Of a stretch of 25,904 bases of DNA, positions 23,220 to 25,904 are shown in pieces. The stretch lies in the IMG/VR virus record IMGVR_UViG_3300008740_000043, positions 1 to 25,904 of that record; one strand, 5' to 3'. The translations under genes and the position numbers were made by a program. The notes beneath the pieces were generated by a model that saw nothing but the letters and a program-made list of their open reading frames with translations, was not told the DNA's origin and made no database searches. The DNA comes from a virus. Lineage: Duplodnaviria > Caudoviricetes. Position 1 is the first letter of the stretch. Each line of letters opens with the position of its first letter.

Positions 23220-25004
23220 ATGGTTTGGGGTAATTTAGCCACAGGCTATTGGCTTGGTGGAGCAGCAGCAGCAGGATTACAATGGATAGAACTTGGAAGA
23301 AAAACATTAACAGGTACTTCAGATAATATAGATGTTACAGGAGAAGCAGCAGATCACACATGGACAGAGGACTTTACACAAAACCTTGCAAGTGATTATG
23401 ATTCAAGTGAAGAATCAAGTAACCAATGGCAGAAATTTAATGCTACTACTGATAGATTAGAATTTAGCCATCAACAAAATAATACGTGGTCAGCTATGAC
23501 TAGAGACCTTACAAGTTCAACAGGAATAAATGCTGCATTTAATACATCTAAATGGTCAGTTAGATTTAAAATTAATTTTACAGAGTTATATGGTAATGAT
23601 TCAAGATGGTCTCACGCTGGCTTTCTCTTGTCATCATTTTCACGAACAGATGTTAGCACAAATAACAAATATAAAGCAGTAGCAGCAGGCGATAATGCAA
23701 TAGGAGTTAATTTCTACAATACAACAGGTGGTTCTGCAGTCAGAGCTTGGCATTGTGATAATGGAAGTGAAGGAGATGATTCAGGAACACAATATACAGT
23801 TTCAGGAGATAACGCAGAAGAATGGTATTATATTGAAATTTCAAGAGATGGTGCTAATGTAACAGTAAAGGTATGGACAGATAGTTATAATGGTACTTTA
23901 CGAGTAGATAAAACTTGGGATCTTGGTACAGATTGGGCAAACGGTACAGGAGATCCAATAAAATACTTTGGTATTTGGTCTAGTGAAGATCAATGGGGTA
24001 ACAGTTCTTATGCCGTTGCAGGACATCTTACAGAACTTAAATATTATAATAATGTTGCACCTGTAGTAGCAGATTTGACAGCAAAACCATACATGATGAT
24101 ATTAGAGCATAAAATACCATCAGGAAATTGTAGGTCAAGATATAGATTCAATAGTGATTCAGGTAATAATTATGCAATAAGAACATCACAAAATGGTGGT
24201 ACTGACGCAACATTGACAAGTACCAATAGATTAGACTTTTATCATGGTGGTGGAGACGCTAAAGCATTTAGCACAACTTTTGTATCTACTATTCCAACTC
24301 AAGAAAAATTATTTATTTGTCATGACGTTGAAGCAGATGGTGGTGCAGGAGCAGGAAACGCACCTAAAAGAGATGAGCATTTTGCAAAGTGGGCAAACAC
24401 AGCAGATGAAATAAAAAGTGTCAATGTTTATAATGATGGAACAGGCGACTTTGGTGCAGGTTCAGAAGTTGTAGTATTAGGTTATGATCCAGATGATACT
24501 GAAGGTGGAAATGTTTGGGCAGAATTAAGTAGTGATAGTTTAGGTAGTGCAGGATCGACATTAACAGCTTCTTTCACAGCTAAAAAATATCTTTGGTGTC
24601 AGATACGCATGGTAAAAGACGACGCAATAGGTGTAGGTATAGAATTTAACTCTGATACAGGTACTAATTATACTTATAGAAGAAATGATAATGGTGGAAC
24701 TGATTCTACAATCGCAAGTGATGATGAAATATTTATTGATACATTAGGTAGTGCTGCAGCAGGATCAGAATGGTTTGGTAATATATTTATAATTAATAAA
24801 CAAGACCAAGAAAAATTATGTATTATGGAATGGTATCTTAACAAGACAGGTTCTGGAGCTGGTAATGCAGGACATAGACGAGAACAGGTTGGCAAATGGG
24901 CAAACACATCAGCTCAAATATCTTCTATTCGTGTAACAGGTGGAGATGGTTATTCAGGTAACTTTGGTAGTGGAAGTTCAATTAAAGTATGGGGTTTTGA
25001 CTAA
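23220..25004 (+). CDS. Tail fibre/receptor-binding protein with two repeated beta modules and a lectin-like insert
   Basis: Two modules W.EL...K.Y...FNSD.G.NY..R...GGTD...QEKL.I...GAGNA..R.E...KWANT...I.S...G.FG.GS...V.G.D. Confidence 0.7.
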   Translation: MVWGNLATGYWLGGAAAAGLQWIELGRKTLTGTSDNIDVTGEAADHTWTEDFTQNLASDYDSSEESSNQWQKFNATTDRLEFSHQQNNTWSAMTRDLTSSTGINAAFNTSKWSVRFKINFTELYGNDSRWSHAGFLLSSFSRTDVSTNNKYKAVAAGDNAIGVNFYNTTGGSAVRAWHCDNGSEGDDSGTQYTVSGDNAEEWYYIEISRDGANVTVKVWTDSYNGTLRVDKTWDLGTDWANGTGDPIKYFGIWSSEDQWGNSSYAVAGHLTELKYYNNVAPVVADLTAKPYMMILEHKIPSGNCRSRYRFNSDSGNNYAIRTSQNGGTDATLTSTNRLDFYHGGGDAKAFSTTFVSTIPTQEKLFICHDVEADGGAGAGNAPKRDEHFAKWANTADEIKSVNVYNDGTGDFGAGSEVVVLGYDPDDTEGGNVWAELSSDSLGSAGSTLTASFTAKKYLWCQIRMVKDDAIGVGIEFNSDTGTNYTYRRNDNGGTDSTIASDDEIFIDTLGSAAAGSEWFGNIFIINKQDQEKLCIMEWYLNKTGSGAGNAGHRREQVGKWANTSAQISSIRVTGGDGYSGNFGSGSSIKVWGFD

Positions 25005-25904
25005 TGGGTTGGGAAAAATTAGGTTCAAAAAAAATTGGAGCAAGAACTCCAGATTTTGAAGCAACAAATAACACAAGTTGGACACAAGTTGGAACAGGTA
25101 TCACTATAGACAGTAATGGTAAAATAACAGGAGCTGGTGCTACTGCAAACGCAAGAGTTTACAAAGCATTGGGTTTTACATCACACGCTTCAAATTGGAT
25201 TCTTGATTTTGAATTTACAAGAACATCAAGTGGTGGTAATAATGCAAGACCAATATATGTAAGTGAGAATACAAATGCTCCTGCAGATAGTAGTGATAAC
25301 GACACAATAGGAGCATATCAAGATACAAATTTCAATCTCTTTAAGAAAGAAGGTACAACACATACAGCTCAAGGTTGGACAGCAAATACACAGGGTACAA
25401 AATATTATGGAAGACTGACACGTCTTTCTGACACATCATTTAAAGTTGTAATGTCAACATCATCATCAGATAGGGACGCAGGATCAGGTGGTTCAGTTAC
25501 ACAATCTATCACTTCAAGCACAATAGGTGGACTATCATACATTGGTTCGGGTACAGGAGATCATACAGGAAATCATACTTGGGAAGTTGAAAACATAAAA
25601 TTTTATAATGGTACAACAACAATGACTAACTCAAGTGATACAATGTTGGTTTCAGGAATGGAAGAAAAAAAACACTTACTTGTTCAAGTTAAAGGTATAG
25701 GCACAGGTGGTACAATAAACTGTAATTTAACATTTAATGGAGACACAGGTGGTAATTATGGAATAAGAGAAAATGTAAATGGTGGTAGTGATTCAACAAA
25801 TGTAAGTATTACAAATACAGATAATTTAACAGGTACAGTAACAGGTAATGTATTTGCAAATATTCATATAATCAACATAGCCGATAAAGAAAAATTATTC
25901 ATAT
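25004..25904 (+). CDS. Second paralogous tail fibre/RBP, truncated by the window end
   Basis: ATG at 25004 (TAATG overlap), open to the end: MGWEKLGSKK...KKHLLVQ...FNGDTGGNYGIRENVNGGSDST...IINIADKEKLFI. Confidence 0.78.
   Translation, partial: MGWEKLGSKKIGARTPDFEATNNTSWTQVGTGITIDSNGKITGAGATANARVYKALGFTSHASNWILDFEFTRTSSGGNNARPIYVSENTNAPADSSDNDTIGAYQDTNFNLFKKEGTTHTAQGWTANTQGTKYYGRLTRLSDTSFKVVMSTSSSDRDAGSGGSVTQSITSSTIGGLSYIGSGTGDHTGNHTWEVENIKFYNGTTTMTNSSDTMLVSGMEEKKHLLVQVKGIGTGGTINCNLTFNGDTGGNYGIRENVNGGSDSTNVSITNTDNLTGTVTGNVFANIHIINIADKEKLFI

Noticed and set aside
7109-24907. Minus-strand ORFs (e.g. 9768..10043, 10992..11255, 14421..14822, 17569..18066, 18150..18437, 21566..21943) and alternate-frame plus ORFs 17130..17351 and 21001..21192
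   Set aside because: Shadows of structural genes with no motifs or promoters
23220-25904. Diversity-generating retroelement target in the fibre genes
   Set aside because: No reverse transcriptase and no near-identical TR/VR nucleotide pair seen; repeats are only at the protein level

Overview
This is a 25.9-kb fragment of an AT-rich tailed dsDNA virus (Caudoviricetes, siphovirus-type morphogenesis module). The host is most likely an archaeon, probably a Nitrososphaerota/Nitrosopumilus-like thaumarchaeon. That is an inference from leaderless genes with TATA boxes at about -29..-24, Zn-finger microproteins, a protease-capsid fusion and the lack of a peptidoglycan hydrolase. The left part (minus strand) holds an amidoligase + class II glutamine amidotransferase operon between two repeat-rich non-coding regions, then a Mom-like DNA-modification gene and small Zn-finger genes. 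The right part (plus strand) runs TerS, TerL, portal, protease-scaffold-MCP, a putative lysis trio, neck and tail genes, tape measure, tail tip and fibres, and is truncated at the end. The main unannotated signals are as follows. (1) A WASTTCYMW motif sits 31-34 nt upstream of 10 late start codons, including an internal copy that defines a nested protease-free capsid gene. (2) There are two -1 frameshift signals: the classical tail-chaperone one and an unusual one inside the tape-measure gene. (3) A 21-bp palindrome occurs in three copies. (4) The left 4.5 kb contains no GATC. All family calls come from motif recognition by eye and all counts are by hand; no database searches were run.
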